Made by a program: the position numbers and the translations under genes. Source: Synechococcales cyanobacterium S06 (GTDB taxonomy: Bacteria; Cyanobacteriota; Cyanobacteriia; Cyanobacteriales; JAABRE01). From it: 64,000 bases of DNA. The notes beneath the pieces were generated by a model that did no database searches, was not told the DNA's origin, and saw only the letters and a list, made by a program, of their open reading frames with translations. Below are positions 18,022 through 28,976 of this stretch, piece by piece. Position 1 is the stretch's first letter, and every line of letters starts with the position of its first letter. The stretch is taken from assembly GCA_011391125.1 (NCBI GenBank), contig JAABRE010000007.1, positions 30,660-94,659 of the forward strand, read 5' to 3'.

Positions 18022-18537
18022 AATTAAAATAACTCCTCCTAAGAGTTCAATTTTATTGTTAAATAAACCGCCAAAACGATGACCAATAAAAACTCCCAGA
18101 AAAGATAAACCAAAGGTAATTACTCCAATAATAGTAGCAGCTTCAATGATGGAAGTTTTAATAACAGAAAGACTTAAACCAACGGCCAAAGCATCAATAC
18201 TGGTAGCAATTGCTAATCCAAATAAAGTATAGGTATCAAGGGGATTAAATCCTTCTTCCTCTTCTTCTGAGAAAGATTCATAAATCATTTTGCCACCAAT
18301 TAAACTTAATAAACCAAAAGCAATCCAATGGTCAACACTCGCAAACAAATCACGAAAAACTAGGCCACCAACCCAACCAATTAAAGGCATTAAATACTGA
18401 AAACCGCCAAAAAATAGCGCAATTTTCAAAGCTTTATTCACCTTCAAATTTTTAATTAATAAACCACTACTTAAAGACACCGCAAAAGCATCAGCTGCCA
18501 ACCCCAAAGCGATTAAAACCAAACTTCCTAACTGCAT
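17977..18537 (-). CDS. mntP: Manganese efflux pump MntP family
   Basis: LGLAADAFAVS, DHWIAFGLL and AIATSIDALAVG motifs. Confidence 0.9.
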   Translation of the reverse strand: MQLGSLVLIALGLAADAFAVSLSSGLLIKNLKVNKALKIALFFGGFQYLMPLIGWVGGLVFRDLFASVDHWIAFGLLSLIGGKMIYESFSEEEEEGFNPLDTYTLFGLAIATSIDALAVGLSLSVIKTSIIEAATIIGVITFGLSFLGVFIGHRFGGLFNNKIELLGGVILILIGSKILLEHLGFI

Positions 18538-19105
18538 AAAAACTCCCTAGATATAACCACAGTAATTTTAACCTAATTTTTAGATATTAAATCATCATAA
18601 TTAATTCATTATTCTGTCATAATCCTATTAATATTTACCCTTATTTATTAGTGGTTAATAAAATAGATTTTCCTAATTAAAATTTAAAAATATTTAATTA
18701 CCCAGATTTCCCTGGCAAAGATAAGTTTTTCTTATCTAAAAAACTATTTAGTTTTAATCTTTAAATGTGTCAGGGAATCATGATATGATAAATATTCTCA
18801 ATAATTTAACGATTTTAGGTTTTTATAGCGTTTGACTTGACACCCATTTTTTAATTCGTTAATATGAAATGATATAATTTGCTTAATGCCATAGCTATTT
18901 TTACTACCCAAAAAATCAAAATTAAGTCTATATAAGCATTTCAGAGCTTTTATTATAAATAATAATTTATCAACTCGTAAAATATAGATTTCTCAGTCAC
19001 TGTGACAGTTGTAAAAGTGTCACACAACCTATTGACAGTTTTAGCAGAGTATGTATTGCGAAAAAACCTAGTATTTCCTATTTTTGAGGGGATATTTTGG
19101 CAATT

Positions 19106-19210
19106 TATAGCCAAATAGTTGACATTTTACCTCTCTTTCCCCCTCTCCCTTTGGGATGAGGGGGGTAGGGGGGTGAGGGGGTAGATAACATTTAATCAGA
19201 AAATGCTATA
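19106..19210. mobile_element. TATAGC...GCTATA MITE-like element
   Basis: Core CCCCTCTCCCTTTGGGATGAGGGG; other copies at 25892-25980, 28836-28917, 42087-42177 and 58013-58118. Confidence 0.8.
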
Positions 19211-19213
19211 TTA

Positions 19214-20773
19214 TTAAGCTACTTTTTGGAGTAGGTTTTTTTCTTGTTCCTTAAAAGTGCGTAATTGCTGTTGGATTTCATCCCGAACAATCTGTCGATA
19301 TTCTAAGAAATGTTCGTTATGGGCACAGACAGTTAAATAATGTTCCCAGACAGCAGGATTATGTTTAAAAATGCCGAAAAGGTTACGCCAAAATTGCCAA
19401 CGGGTATCCCTTTTGATACCTTGTCGCCAAATCACAATTCCCAAAGCTTTAATATCAATCCATTCAGGAAATTTAGCGGGAGGATGACATTTTGGAGCGC
19501 CTAATTTTAGGAAACAACGATAAATTCGATCTAAATATTTATGGGGGTCATAAAGTTCCCAAAAAGCCTCCACATATTCATTAGCAATATCCTCTAAAGG
19601 ACGAGTGGGAATAAAGTTAATTAACGTGGTTTGGTTAATAGTTCCGTCCTTCTCATCTAGGAGACGATTTTCCTTGTTTAAACGATGCCATAATGCAGTA
19701 TTAGGTAATGCTTGTAACATCGCAAAAGTCGTAGTCGGTATGGCTGTTAGCTCCGCAAAACGCACAATGCGATCGCCTGCGCCTTTTTTTTCACCATCAA
19801 AACCGATAATAAAACCAGCCATGGGTCGCAAACCAGTGCGAATAATTTTATCCACAGAATCCGCCAAAGAATTGCGAGTATTTTGATATTTTTTGGTTAA
19901 AGCTAAACTAGCTTCATCGGGAGTTTCAATCCCCAAAAATACCGCATCAAAATAACATTCGACCATTAAATCCATTAACTCTTGATCATCAGCTAAATCG
20001 ATGGAAGCTTCCGTATTAAAACGGAAAGGGTAATTATGTTCAGCTTGCCAAACTTTTAGCTCCTTTAAGAATAGTTTGACATTGCGTTTATTGCCGATAA
20101 AATTATCGTCAACCATAAACACACCCCGTCGCCAATTTAACTCATAAAGGTAATCCAACTCTGCTAATAATTGAGCAGGAGTTTTCGTTCGAGGTTTTCT
20201 TCCATACAGGACAATAATGTCACAAAATTCGCACTGAAACGGACAACCTCGGGAAAATTGTACCGACATGGAATCATATTGATCTAATTGTAATAATTCA
20301 TATCTAGGGATAGGAGTTGTCGTCACATCCGGTTTTTCCGTAGTTCTAAAAATACCCCTTGTTTCTCCCCTTTCGATCGCTTCCACAAACATCGGAAGGG
20401 TAATTTCTCCCTCATCTAAGATAAGAAAATCAGCACCGGCCTGTTCCACTTCCTGTGGTACAGAAGTCGCATAAGGACCTCCCACGGCCACTAATTTTCC
20501 CCGACCTTTTGCCTCCTTAATTTGTAACAATAAATCCTGCTTTTGAACAATCATACCGGACATAATTACGATATCAGCCCAGTTCCATTCGTCCTCTGTA
20601 GCCGTCCTAATATTGCGATCTACCAGCTTGAATTCCCATTTTTGAGGTAAAATGGCCGCAACGGTAACTAACCCCAAAGGTGGCAATAAAACCTTGCGGT
20701 TGACTAATTCTAAGATTTTTTCATAGGACCAAAATGTCGGTGGGAAAATTGGATATATTAAAAGAATTTTCAT
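19214..20773 (-). CDS. B12-binding radical SAM protein (DUF4070 C-terminus; related to the HpnP family)
   Basis: PPLGLVTVAA B12-binding region, SRGCPFQCEFCDI (CxxxCxxC) and VDDNFIGNK. Confidence 0.88.
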   Translation of the reverse strand: MKILLIYPIFPPTFWSYEKILELVNRKVLLPPLGLVTVAAILPQKWEFKLVDRNIRTATEDEWNWADIVIMSGMIVQKQDLLLQIKEAKGRGKLVAVGGPYATSVPQEVEQAGADFLILDEGEITLPMFVEAIERGETRGIFRTTEKPDVTTTPIPRYELLQLDQYDSMSVQFSRGCPFQCEFCDIIVLYGRKPRTKTPAQLLAELDYLYELNWRRGVFMVDDNFIGNKRNVKLFLKELKVWQAEHNYPFRFNTEASIDLADDQELMDLMVECYFDAVFLGIETPDEASLALTKKYQNTRNSLADSVDKIIRTGLRPMAGFIIGFDGEKKGAGDRIVRFAELTAIPTTTFAMLQALPNTALWHRLNKENRLLDEKDGTINQTTLINFIPTRPLEDIANEYVEAFWELYDPHKYLDRIYRCFLKLGAPKCHPPAKFPEWIDIKALGIVIWRQGIKRDTRWQFWRNLFGIFKHNPAVWEHYLTVCAHNEHFLEYRQIVRDEIQQQLRTFKEQEKNLLQKVA

Positions 20774-20954
20774 CTTGGTTAATTATTCTGTTTGTTATTT
20801 GTTATTTTATTTATAACAGTTTTTTTTTGTGACAGAGGGGTTAATCGTTTGTTCAAGAGGCCAGGGTTTTTGTCTCACGCAAAGACGCTAAGGCGCAAAG
20901 GGGGGTTAATCGTTTGTTCAATAGACTTGGGTTTTTTAGGGAGTTTTTATTTTT

Positions 20955-21824
20955 ATGTGTGATCATTTACGCCCTCTTGATATTTTTAGGGTTTTACTTC
21001 CAACTTTAAGATTGGCGGCAAATTATGCTTGTAATATTCAGCAAAAGGTCCAAGTTCAACCAGAAAAGTCTCAGTATGGGGATAATTTCTATGCTACTGC
21101 TTTGACGGATGCTGATTTAACGATCCAAACTGCGGTGGAATTGGCTCTGTTGGCCTATTTTCCTGAGATTCATTTCTTTGGTGAGGAATATGAAAGGTCC
21201 TATAATACTAAGTATTTCTCAAGTATTAATTTGGGAGAGAATTTGTTAGTAACTTTAGATCCCATTGATGGTACTAGGTTTTATTTGGATGGTTTTGACG
21301 GTTTTTCTATTATTATTAGTATCATTAAAGATAATTACTATCAAGGTGCTTTAGTTATCCAACCTAAACGCGAATGTTATTATTATTCTATTCGGGGTAA
21401 GGGTGTCTTTTTTGCTAATCTTTATCAGGATTTAGATGATGCTAAACCTTTACATTTAGCTCCCCTTTCTTCTCATAAAATTTATCTCAGTTTTGCTCTC
21501 TCAAATTTGAAGTCTGTTTTAGTCGATGACTTTGAAACTTGGTGTAGTGGAATTGATTATTCTTTGGCTCAAAAACCGGCGGAATATTTGGATTTATTTT
21601 ACGGTAATTTGGCCGGTATTATTTTAGCCCATGGTAATTTGATTGATAGTGCTGTTTTGGCTTTTATGGCGGAAGAATTGGGAGCAATTGTTTCTACTTA
21701 TTCGGGAGAAAATTGGCAGCCTTTTTACAACGTGAAAAATATGAGAATACCTGGTTTAATTATTGCTTATAATCGGGAAATTCATCAAAAGTTAGTTGAT
21801 AAGTTGTCGGTTTCACCTCTGTAA
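20955..21824 (+). CDS. Inositol monophosphatase family protein
   Basis: TDADL, FFGEE and LDPIDGT motifs. Confidence 0.88.
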   Translation: MCDHLRPLDIFRVLLPTLRLAANYACNIQQKVQVQPEKSQYGDNFYATALTDADLTIQTAVELALLAYFPEIHFFGEEYERSYNTKYFSSINLGENLLVTLDPIDGTRFYLDGFDGFSIIISIIKDNYYQGALVIQPKRECYYYSIRGKGVFFANLYQDLDDAKPLHLAPLSSHKIYLSFALSNLKSVLVDDFETWCSGIDYSLAQKPAEYLDLFYGNLAGIILAHGNLIDSAVLAFMAEELGAIVSTYSGENWQPFYNVKNMRIPGLIIAYNREIHQKLVDKLSVSPL

Positions 21825-21917
21825 TTTGGTTTTTTCTCACGCAAATAGGCCAAGTTGCCAAGGGAATTTTCCCGATGATTACTAGGTTATTTCATAAGTT
21901 GAAGTCTCAAGTTTTGG

Positions 21918-22022
21918 CAATCCAATATTATTTCTCTTTTAAGGGTGTTGAAACAATAATTACAGGAGTTACATGGAGATAAATTAGCAAAAATTATTCT
22001 CTATGGTTCTTCTGCTAAAGGT
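21918..22022 (+). pseudogene. Remnant of a minimal nucleotidyltransferase (MNT) gene
   Basis: Manual translation QSNIISLLRVLKQ*LQELHGDKLAKIILYGSSAKG: MNT-like N-terminus with an internal stop, ending before the DxD motif. Confidence 0.6.
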
Positions 22023-22268
22023 TTTCAGGTAGTAGTGCATAGCAATTATCTACTTTTAAAGACATAGACTTCAGCTAACCATGAAAATTAAATCAGTAAA
22101 GTTGGTTATTTTAAATTTAAGCGAGCCTTCTAATCATGAACAAAATACCAGAGAACTGCTGGCAGCCCCCCAATCAAAAAAAATGCTTATTAATCCTTAA
22201 GTATTGATTTTTTAAAGTGCTTGACAAGCATATCATAAAAATTTATAATCAAGATATTAATCAATTTC

Positions 22269-25200
22269 TTGGTTGAAATAAAAATTATGGTAGCCACAGT
22301 AAATATAAGTAACGGATACCTTGTTGAAGGTACTAACATAGGTACAGATGGTAAGTCTTTCTTGAATTTCACTATTTCCCTCAGTGAACCATTAACCAGT
22401 CCTCAAAGTATTAAGTATGCAACATTTAATGGTACAGCCACGGGAGGAAGCAGCAATACTAGTGATTATCTGAGTACAACTACTGGTAGTATCACCTTTG
22501 CTGCCGGAGAAATCGTTAAAACCATCAGCATTCAGGTTTTTAATGACAACATTACCGAATTAGACGAAAGCTTTTATCTGAATGTCTTTATTCCTAAGGA
22601 TAGTTTTCTATATACGTTATTAAAATTCGAAGATCCTACCATTCCAGGTACTGACATTTTATCCGGTACAGCCACCGGAATTATTAGCGATACAATATAC
22701 AAGGATGCTAGTTATACCCTAGAGCCTACGGTTGAAAACCTAACTTTAACGGGTACAGGTAATTTTTCCGGTACAGGTAACGACTTAAATAATATTATCA
22801 CCGGTAACAGTGGAGCTAACAATTTAGTAGGAGGAGTAGGAAATGACACCCTAGAAGGAAAAGGAGGAGACGACACTCTCACCGGTGGATCGGGCAATGA
22901 TGTCTATATTATCAGTAATCAAGCCGGTATCGTAGAAGCCGAGAACTCGATTATTAATGGTAATGACACGGTTTTATCCTCCGTCAGTTATACTTTACCA
23001 GCTAACGTTGAAAATTTAACCCTAACAGGAAGCGGACTGATCGATGGTACAGGTAATGCCTTAAATAATAATCTTGTTGGTAATGGCCGCAATAATATTT
23101 TAACGGGGGATGAAGGTAGTGATACCCTTGACGGTGGAGCTGGTAATGATACCCTGAGGGGGGGTTTAGGTGATGACTACTATGTTATCGCTCAATTAGG
23201 TGACAAAATAGAAGGAGAAACTTCTGTCGGTGGTATTGACACCGTTGTCTCCTCATTGAATTACAGATTAGGAGCTAATTTAGAGAACCTGGTATTGACC
23301 AGAAATGCCCTTCAAGGTACAGGTAATACCTTAAATAATAAAATTGTTGGGAACAATTTAGGCAACACTCTTAACGGTGGTAACGGTAGTGATACCCTTG
23401 ACGGAGGTGCTGGGGATGATACCCTAATTGGTGGCAATGCAGATGATTTCTATCTAGTTGACAGTGCCAATGATGTGATCACAGAAACCGCCACAGGTGG
23501 CAATTTAGATGTAGTTCAAGCTTCTGTTAACTATACATTAGGCGCTAATTTAGAAAAATTAATCCTGGCCCCTGGTACCGATAATCTCGAAGGTTTTGGC
23601 AACACTTTAAAAAATATCTTAGTTGGAAATGACGGCAATAACTTCCTAGATGGCGGAACTGGTGGTGACACCATGGAAGGGGGTAAGGGAAATGATACTT
23701 ATTTGATCAATGAAGTCAGCGATATAGTCACTGAAAAAACGGGTGAAGGTATAGATACCGTAGAAACAGAGATTAACAACTATACCCTACCCTTAAATGT
23801 TGACAACCTGAATCTGGCCGAGAAAGACACCATTTTAGTTGGTACAGGTAACACCCTCCCTAATGTTCTCATTGGCAATAGTTACAACAATACCCTGAAC
23901 GGTAATACCGGTAATGACACCCTAGATGGTGGTGTCGGAAATGATACCTTAAATGGTGGTACAGGTAATGATATCTATTACGTTGATAGTGTAGGCGATG
24001 TCATCACGGGAGAAGGTACGGACGTTAGCCCAGATTTAGTTATTTCCTCTGTTACTTACACTCTACCCTTAAATGTTGAACACTTGAACCTGGTAGGTTC
24101 TCTTAATTTATCAGGAACAGGTAACGACAGCAACAACAACATTATTGGCAATACAGGCAATAATACCCTAAATGGTGGCATTGGTAACGATAGTTTAACT
24201 GGTGGAGCTGGTAATGATAGTTTAATTGGTGGCACTGGAGATGATACCCTAGACGGTGGTTTAGGTGTCGATAGCTTAACTGGAGGCACTGGAAATGATC
24301 TATATCGCATCGATAGAATCAAGGATACCATTGTCGAAGAAACATTAGATGGAGGAATTGACACAGTAGAAGCTTCCTTTTCCTATATCCTTAAAGATCA
24401 CTTGGAAAATCTTACCCTTACCGGTACGGGTAATTTTAGTGGTACAGGAAACAGTGTTGCCAATATTATCAAAGGAAACACAGGTGCTAATGCCCTCAAT
24501 GGTCTAGATGGCAATGATAGCATTGACGGTGGTACAGGAAACGATATTATCCTTGGTGGTACAGGAGATGATACCCTCATCGGTGGTACAGGAAATGATA
24601 CCCTCATCGGTAATACAGGAAATGATAGTTATACCGTTGACACTTCCTTTGACGTAATTATCGAGCAAGCCAGTGAAGGTACAGATATCGTAACATTTAT
24701 TGGTACTACGGGTACTTATATCCTGAGTGACAATCTGGAAAACCTGACTCTGTTTGGTACAACTACCACAGCATTTGCTATTAACGGCACAGGTAACAGC
24801 TTAAACAACACCATCACTGGTAATATTGCGTCCAATATCATTGATGGTGGCACAGGTGCAGATATCTTAACTGGTGATAAAGGTAACGACATTTATTTGG
24901 TTGATAATGCTGGGGATAAGGTCTCTGAAACTTCCACTATTACCACAGAAATTGATACAGTCTTCTCCTCCGTAACTTATACCCTTACTAATAACGTCGA
25001 AAACCTTAACCTGACTGGTACAGCTAATCTCAACGGTACAGGTAATGACCTCAGGAATAACATCATTGGTAACGAAGGTAACAACACACTTAATGGTGGG
25101 GGTGGTAACGATATCCTTGACGGTGGTTTAGGAGTCGATAGTCTCATCGGTGGTTTAGGCAATGATACCTACATCGTTGATAATAGTGGGGACAAAGTAA

Positions 25201-25733
25201 CTGAAACTCTCAATCAAGGTACAGATACCGTTGTCAGTTTTATTAACTACACCTTAACTACAGACGTAGAAAACCTGACTCTTGGTGGTGTAGATAACAT
25301 CAATGGAACAGGCAATAATCAAAATAACTCCATTTACGGTAACAGTGGTGATAACATCCTTTACGGTGGTGGCGGAAATGATCTGCTTTACGGTGGAGCC
25401 GGTGCTGACAAATTTAACTATAACACTACAAAGCTATACGCCAGTTCGGCTATCGGCCTAGACGAAATTAATGATTTTAAGCCGGGTGAAGATAAAATCG
25501 TCCTTGGTAAAATTACCTTCGGTTTCCCACTTGCTCAGACTTCATTACTTGATAGTGATTTTGCTGTGGTTGATTTAGATGAGGCTGCTGAAGTTAGTCC
25601 AGCGAGGATTATTTATAGTCGCGAAACCGGTAACTTATTCTATAATCCTAATGGTGCTACTGAGGGAGATAACATTTTCCTACAATTACCCACGACAAAT
25701 AGCCTCTCTGCTAGTGATTTCTTATTAGAGTAG
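22269..25733 (+). CDS. Large RTX-type Ca-binding repeat protein with an N-terminal Calx-beta domain (likely start ATG 22287)
   Basis: Calx-beta motif GSITFAAGEIVKTISIQVFND, many GGxGxDxLx nonapeptides and repeated ENLTLTGT...GTGN modules. Confidence 0.9.
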   Translation: MVEIKIMVATVNISNGYLVEGTNIGTDGKSFLNFTISLSEPLTSPQSIKYATFNGTATGGSSNTSDYLSTTTGSITFAAGEIVKTISIQVFNDNITELDESFYLNVFIPKDSFLYTLLKFEDPTIPGTDILSGTATGIISDTIYKDASYTLEPTVENLTLTGTGNFSGTGNDLNNIITGNSGANNLVGGVGNDTLEGKGGDDTLTGGSGNDVYIISNQAGIVEAENSIINGNDTVLSSVSYTLPANVENLTLTGSGLIDGTGNALNNNLVGNGRNNILTGDEGSDTLDGGAGNDTLRGGLGDDYYVIAQLGDKIEGETSVGGIDTVVSSLNYRLGANLENLVLTRNALQGTGNTLNNKIVGNNLGNTLNGGNGSDTLDGGAGDDTLIGGNADDFYLVDSANDVITETATGGNLDVVQASVNYTLGANLEKLILAPGTDNLEGFGNTLKNILVGNDGNNFLDGGTGGDTMEGGKGNDTYLINEVSDIVTEKTGEGIDTVETEINNYTLPLNVDNLNLAEKDTILVGTGNTLPNVLIGNSYNNTLNGNTGNDTLDGGVGNDTLNGGTGNDIYYVDSVGDVITGEGTDVSPDLVISSVTYTLPLNVEHLNLVGSLNLSGTGNDSNNNIIGNTGNNTLNGGIGNDSLTGGAGNDSLIGGTGDDTLDGGLGVDSLTGGTGNDLYRIDRIKDTIVEETLDGGIDTVEASFSYILKDHLENLTLTGTGNFSGTGNSVANIIKGNTGANALNGLDGNDSIDGGTGNDIILGGTGDDTLIGGTGNDTLIGNTGNDSYTVDTSFDVIIEQASEGTDIVTFIGTTGTYILSDNLENLTLFGTTTTAFAINGTGNSLNNTITGNIASNIIDGGTGADILTGDKGNDIYLVDNAGDKVSETSTITTEIDTVFSSVTYTLTNNVENLNLTGTANLNGTGNDLRNNIIGNEGNNTLNGGGGNDILDGGLGVDSLIGGLGNDTYIVDNSGDKVTETLNQGTDTVVSFINYTLTTDVENLTLGGVDNINGTGNNQNNSIYGNSGDNILYGGGGNDLLYGGAGADKFNYNTTKLYASSAIGLDEINDFKPGEDKIVLGKITFGFPLAQTSLLDSDFAVVDLDEAAEVSPARIIYSRETGNLFYNPNGATEGDNIFLQLPTTNSLSASDFLLE

Positions 25734-25891
25734 GTTTAATGGTGCATAACTGTTAGCAACTGAATCAAAAATTAGGAGAGAAATATTTTTTCTCTCCTGT
25801 TGTTTATTTTAAATATTAATATTATTAAGACAAAAAAATGAAAAAATTAGAATAAATAAAAACTAGATGAAGTCAAACTATTAAACAGCTA

Positions 25892-25980
25892 TATAATATT
25901 TTCTGATTAAGTCTTATATATCCCCTCATCCCAAAGGGAGAGGGGGAAAAAGAGGCAAAATATCAACTAAAAATGCTATA
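25892..25980. mobile_element. TATAGC-family MITE copy (reverse orientation)
   Basis: CCCCTCATCCCAAAGGGAGAGGGG...AAAATGCTATA. Confidence 0.75.
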
Positions 25981-26549
25981 TAATATTAATTAAAGTTACT
26001 GATTAGAGAAGGATAAAGATAGAGAAGATCAAAACAGACATCCCAATCACCCCTTCTTTTTTTCAGAAATACTTGCTTTTTTCTCTACTTGATAATATTT
26101 TTGATTGATCTAATACTGTAGCCATCAAATTGAAACTCCGGCCACTGGAACTATTCCCTCTAAAAATATTCTCTCTAAAAGTAATTTATCAATTAATATT
26201 TTTGTTTCATTACTAATAGGTTGAGGTCGGGGATTGTTAACTTATTGTCTATGGCAGTTTTTACCTTTATCACGTTGTTTCCCAGACCTCGTTTTACCAT
26301 ACTTAACAATTTTGTCTGACAAACATTTAACACATTTCATTAGTTTATCTCCTCCTCTTTATTATTCTGAAATAATGGTAACATTACTATGCATTACTAC
26401 TATTTTGGTTAATCTTGTATTAAAAATTCAGGAATTGCCCTTACCGATATAGACAAGTTATCCCTACATAAATGCACAGATTAGATACAATAGACAGAAT
26501 ATATTTACTGTAAAGTTAATTTAAACAATTATAGGAGAAACAAGCAACC

Positions 26550-28796
26550 ATGGGAAGAGTCGTAGGTATTGATTTGGGAACAACTAATTCTGTAGTAGCT
26601 GTCATGGAAGGTTCAAAGCCAATTGTGATCGCTAATTCAGAAGGAATGCGGACGACTCCTTCTGTGGTAGGTTTTAATAAGGATGGGGAATTAGTCGTGG
26701 GCAGTTTAGCCCGTCGTCAGGGTGTACTAAATCCTCAAAATACCTATTCTGGTGTCAAACGTTTTATGGGTCGCAAATACGCGGAACTTGAGCCTAGTTC
26801 TAAGCGCGTGCCTTACACTATTCGTAAGGATGATCTTGGTAATATTAAAATTCGCTGTCCTCGTCTCAAAAAGGAGTATGCTCCCGAAGAAATTTCCGCT
26901 ATGATTTTAAGAAAATTGGCGGAGGAAGCGGAACGATATTTGGGGGAAAAAGTCACGGGTGCGGTCATTACTGTCCCTGCTTATTTTAATGATTCCCAAC
27001 GCCAAGCGACTAAAGATGCTGGAAAAATCGCTGGCTTGGAAGTTCTACGCATTATTAATGAACCTACTGCTGCTTCTTTAGCCTACGGGTTGGAACAACA
27101 AAAAACTAAGACTATTCTCGTTTTTGATTTGGGTGGTGGTACGTTCGATGTGTCCATTTTGGACGTGGGAGACGGCATTTTTGAGGTCAAAGCTACCAGT
27201 GGAGATACCCAATTAGGTGGTAATGATTTTGACCAGAAAATTGTGAATTGGTTGGCGGAACAATTTTTGGAAACCGAAAAAGTTGACCTTAGACGCGATC
27301 GCCAAGCTCTCCAACGTCTCACGGAGGCGGCTGAAAAAGCCAAGATTGAACTATCCGGTGTATCTGTGACGGAGATTAATTTACCGTTTATTACCGCAAC
27401 GGAAGATGGTCCCAAACACCTCGAAACCCGTTTAGACAGGGCAACTTTTGATAACCTTTGTGGTGACTTAGTTTCCCGTTTAAGACGACCTTTAAAACGC
27501 GCTTTATCTGACGCAGGAATCAGCCCTGTACAAATCGACGAAGTTGTGCTAGTTGGCGGCTCTACCCGTATCCCTTTAGTTCAAGGGTTGGTGCGTAGTT
27601 TCATTGATCGCGAACCGTCCCAAAATGTCAACCCCGATGAAGTGGTGGCCGTTGGTGCTGCTATTCAAGCTGGCATTTTGGGCGGCCAAGTCAAGGATAT
27701 TCTGCTACTTGACGTGACTCCTTTGTCCCTTGGCTTAGAAACCATTGGCGGGGTGATGAAAAAACTTATCCCCCGTAATACTACCATTCCCGTGCGGCGA
27801 TCGGATATTTTTTCAACTAGCGAAAATAACCAAACTTTGGTGGAAGTCCACGTTTTGCAAGGGGAAAGGGAAATGGCCTCGGGAAATAAGTCTCTCGGCC
27901 GTTTTAAATTAACGGGAATTCCTCCTGCTCCTCGCGGTGTACCCCAAGTTCAAGTGTCCTTTGATATTGATGCCAATGGCATTTTGCAGGTTTCCGCCAT
28001 GGATAAAACCACTGGCCGTCAACAAAGTATTACTATTCAAGGGGCTTCTACTTTAGCCGACAGCGAAATCAATCGCATGATTGAAGATGCGTCCAAGTTT
28101 GCCCAGGAAGACAGAGAACGTCGGGAAAGGGTAGAAAAACGCAACCGAGCTAGGGCATTGACTGACCAAGCACAACGTCGAATTAAGGAAGTTACCCTCG
28201 ATTTTGGTAGTCAATTTGCGAGTTATTATCGTCGTCGAATTGAGGCCTTAAGTGCGGAAATTAATGATAGTTTAAAGGAAAATGACGATCGCCGTTTAGA
28301 TCGCGCTCAAGCTGATTTACAAGATGCACTTTATGAGTTAAATCGTGAGGTGAGATTACAATATCGAGACGACGAAGATGACGACTTTTTCGGTTCAATT
28401 AAAAGGACAATTACGGGAGAAAAAGATCGCGAAGATGACCTAGATTCTTATTATAATACTCGCACTTCTAACCCAAATTATAACGAACGTCGAGATAATT
28501 ATCGGGATGATTATCGGGATGATTATAATTATTCTCCGCGTCAAAAAGATGATAATTACTATCAGCAAAAAACTAATTATTCTTCCCGTCAAAAAGATGA
28601 TAATTATTATGAACCAAGAGATAATAGACCTTCTCGCCAAAAAGATGATAATTATTATGAACCAAGAGATAATAGACGTTCTACTCCTCGAAATAATGAC
28701 CCTTATCCTGACCCGAATCAACGTTATTCTGGTACAGGAAAACAGCGAATTCCGCGCCAAAATGATTGGGATGAAGATGACGACGAATGGTTTTAA
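26550..28796 (+). CDS. dnaK: Molecular chaperone DnaK (cyanobacterial DnaK3 type)
   Basis: Canonical motifs including RIINEPTAA and [13 protein letters not shown]; long acidic C-terminal tail ending WDEDDDEWF; followed by dnaJ. Confidence 0.95.
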   Translation: MGRVVGIDLGTTNSVVAVMEGSKPIVIANSEGMRTTPSVVGFNKDGELVVGSLARRQGVLNPQNTYSGVKRFMGRKYAELEPSSKRVPYTIRKDDLGNIKIRCPRLKKEYAPEEISAMILRKLAEEAERYLGEKVTGAVITVPAYFNDSQRQATKDAGKIAGLEVLRIINEPTAASLAYGLEQQKTKTILVFDLGGGTFDVSILDVGDGIFEVKATSGDTQLGGNDFDQKIVNWLAEQFLETEKVDLRRDRQALQRLTEAAEKAKIELSGVSVTEINLPFITATEDGPKHLETRLDRATFDNLCGDLVSRLRRPLKRALSDAGISPVQIDEVVLVGGSTRIPLVQGLVRSFIDREPSQNVNPDEVVAVGAAIQAGILGGQVKDILLLDVTPLSLGLETIGGVMKKLIPRNTTIPVRRSDIFSTSENNQTLVEVHVLQGEREMASGNKSLGRFKLTGIPPAPRGVPQVQVSFDIDANGILQVSAMDKTTGRQQSITIQGASTLADSEINRMIEDASKFAQEDRERRERVEKRNRARALTDQAQRRIKEVTLDFGSQFASYYRRRIEALSAEINDSLKENDDRRLDRAQADLQDALYELNREVRLQYRDDEDDDFFGSIKRTITGEKDREDDLDSYYNTRTSNPNYNERRDNYRDDYRDDYNYSPRQKDDNYYQQKTNYSSRQKDDNYYEPRDNRPSRQKDDNYYEPRDNRRSTPRNNDPYPDPNQRYSGTGKQRIPRQNDWDEDDDEWF

Positions 28797-28836
28797 CAGT
28801 TAACAGTTAACAGTTATCAGTTATCAGTTGATAGTT
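28795..28836. repeat. Heptamer short tandem repeat (STRR-like)
   Basis: AACAGTT x3, ATCAGTT x2, GATAGTT; similar arrays near 2903, 41031, 49402 and 55444. Confidence 0.85.
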
Positions 28837-28917
28837 ATTTATCCCTCACCCCCCTACCCCCCTCATCCCAAAGGGAGAGGGGGAAAGAGAGATAAAATAT
28901 CAAATGAAAATGCTATA
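28836..28917. mobile_element. TATAGC-family MITE, partial copy between dnaK and dnaJ
   Basis: CCCTCACCCCCCTACCCCCCTCATCCCAAAGGGAGAGGGG...AAAATGCTATA. Confidence 0.75.
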
Positions 28918-28976
28918 AAAGTTAATTATTAACTAAAATAATAAATATTTTAATAAACATTAAAAAATTATACAAT

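Noticed and set aside
19001..19024. CRP (SyCRP1) binding site
   Set aside because: TGTGA and TCACA are separated by 14 bp rather than the required 6.
19214..20773. Naming the radical SAM gene hpnP
   Set aside because: Family membership is clear, but HpnP cannot be separated from paralogues without a phylogeny, and no hopanoid genes are adjacent.
22712..25162. Pro/Ser-rich minus-strand ORFs
   Set aside because: They are antisense shadows of the Gly/Asp/Asn-rich RTX repeats.
26234..26452. 72-aa ORF upstream of dnaK
   Set aside because: TTG start, no recognisable motif, and it lies in the probable dnaK promoter region.
28440..28803. Ile/Met-rich ORFs on both strands
   Set aside because: They are alternative frames of the repetitive DnaK3 tail.
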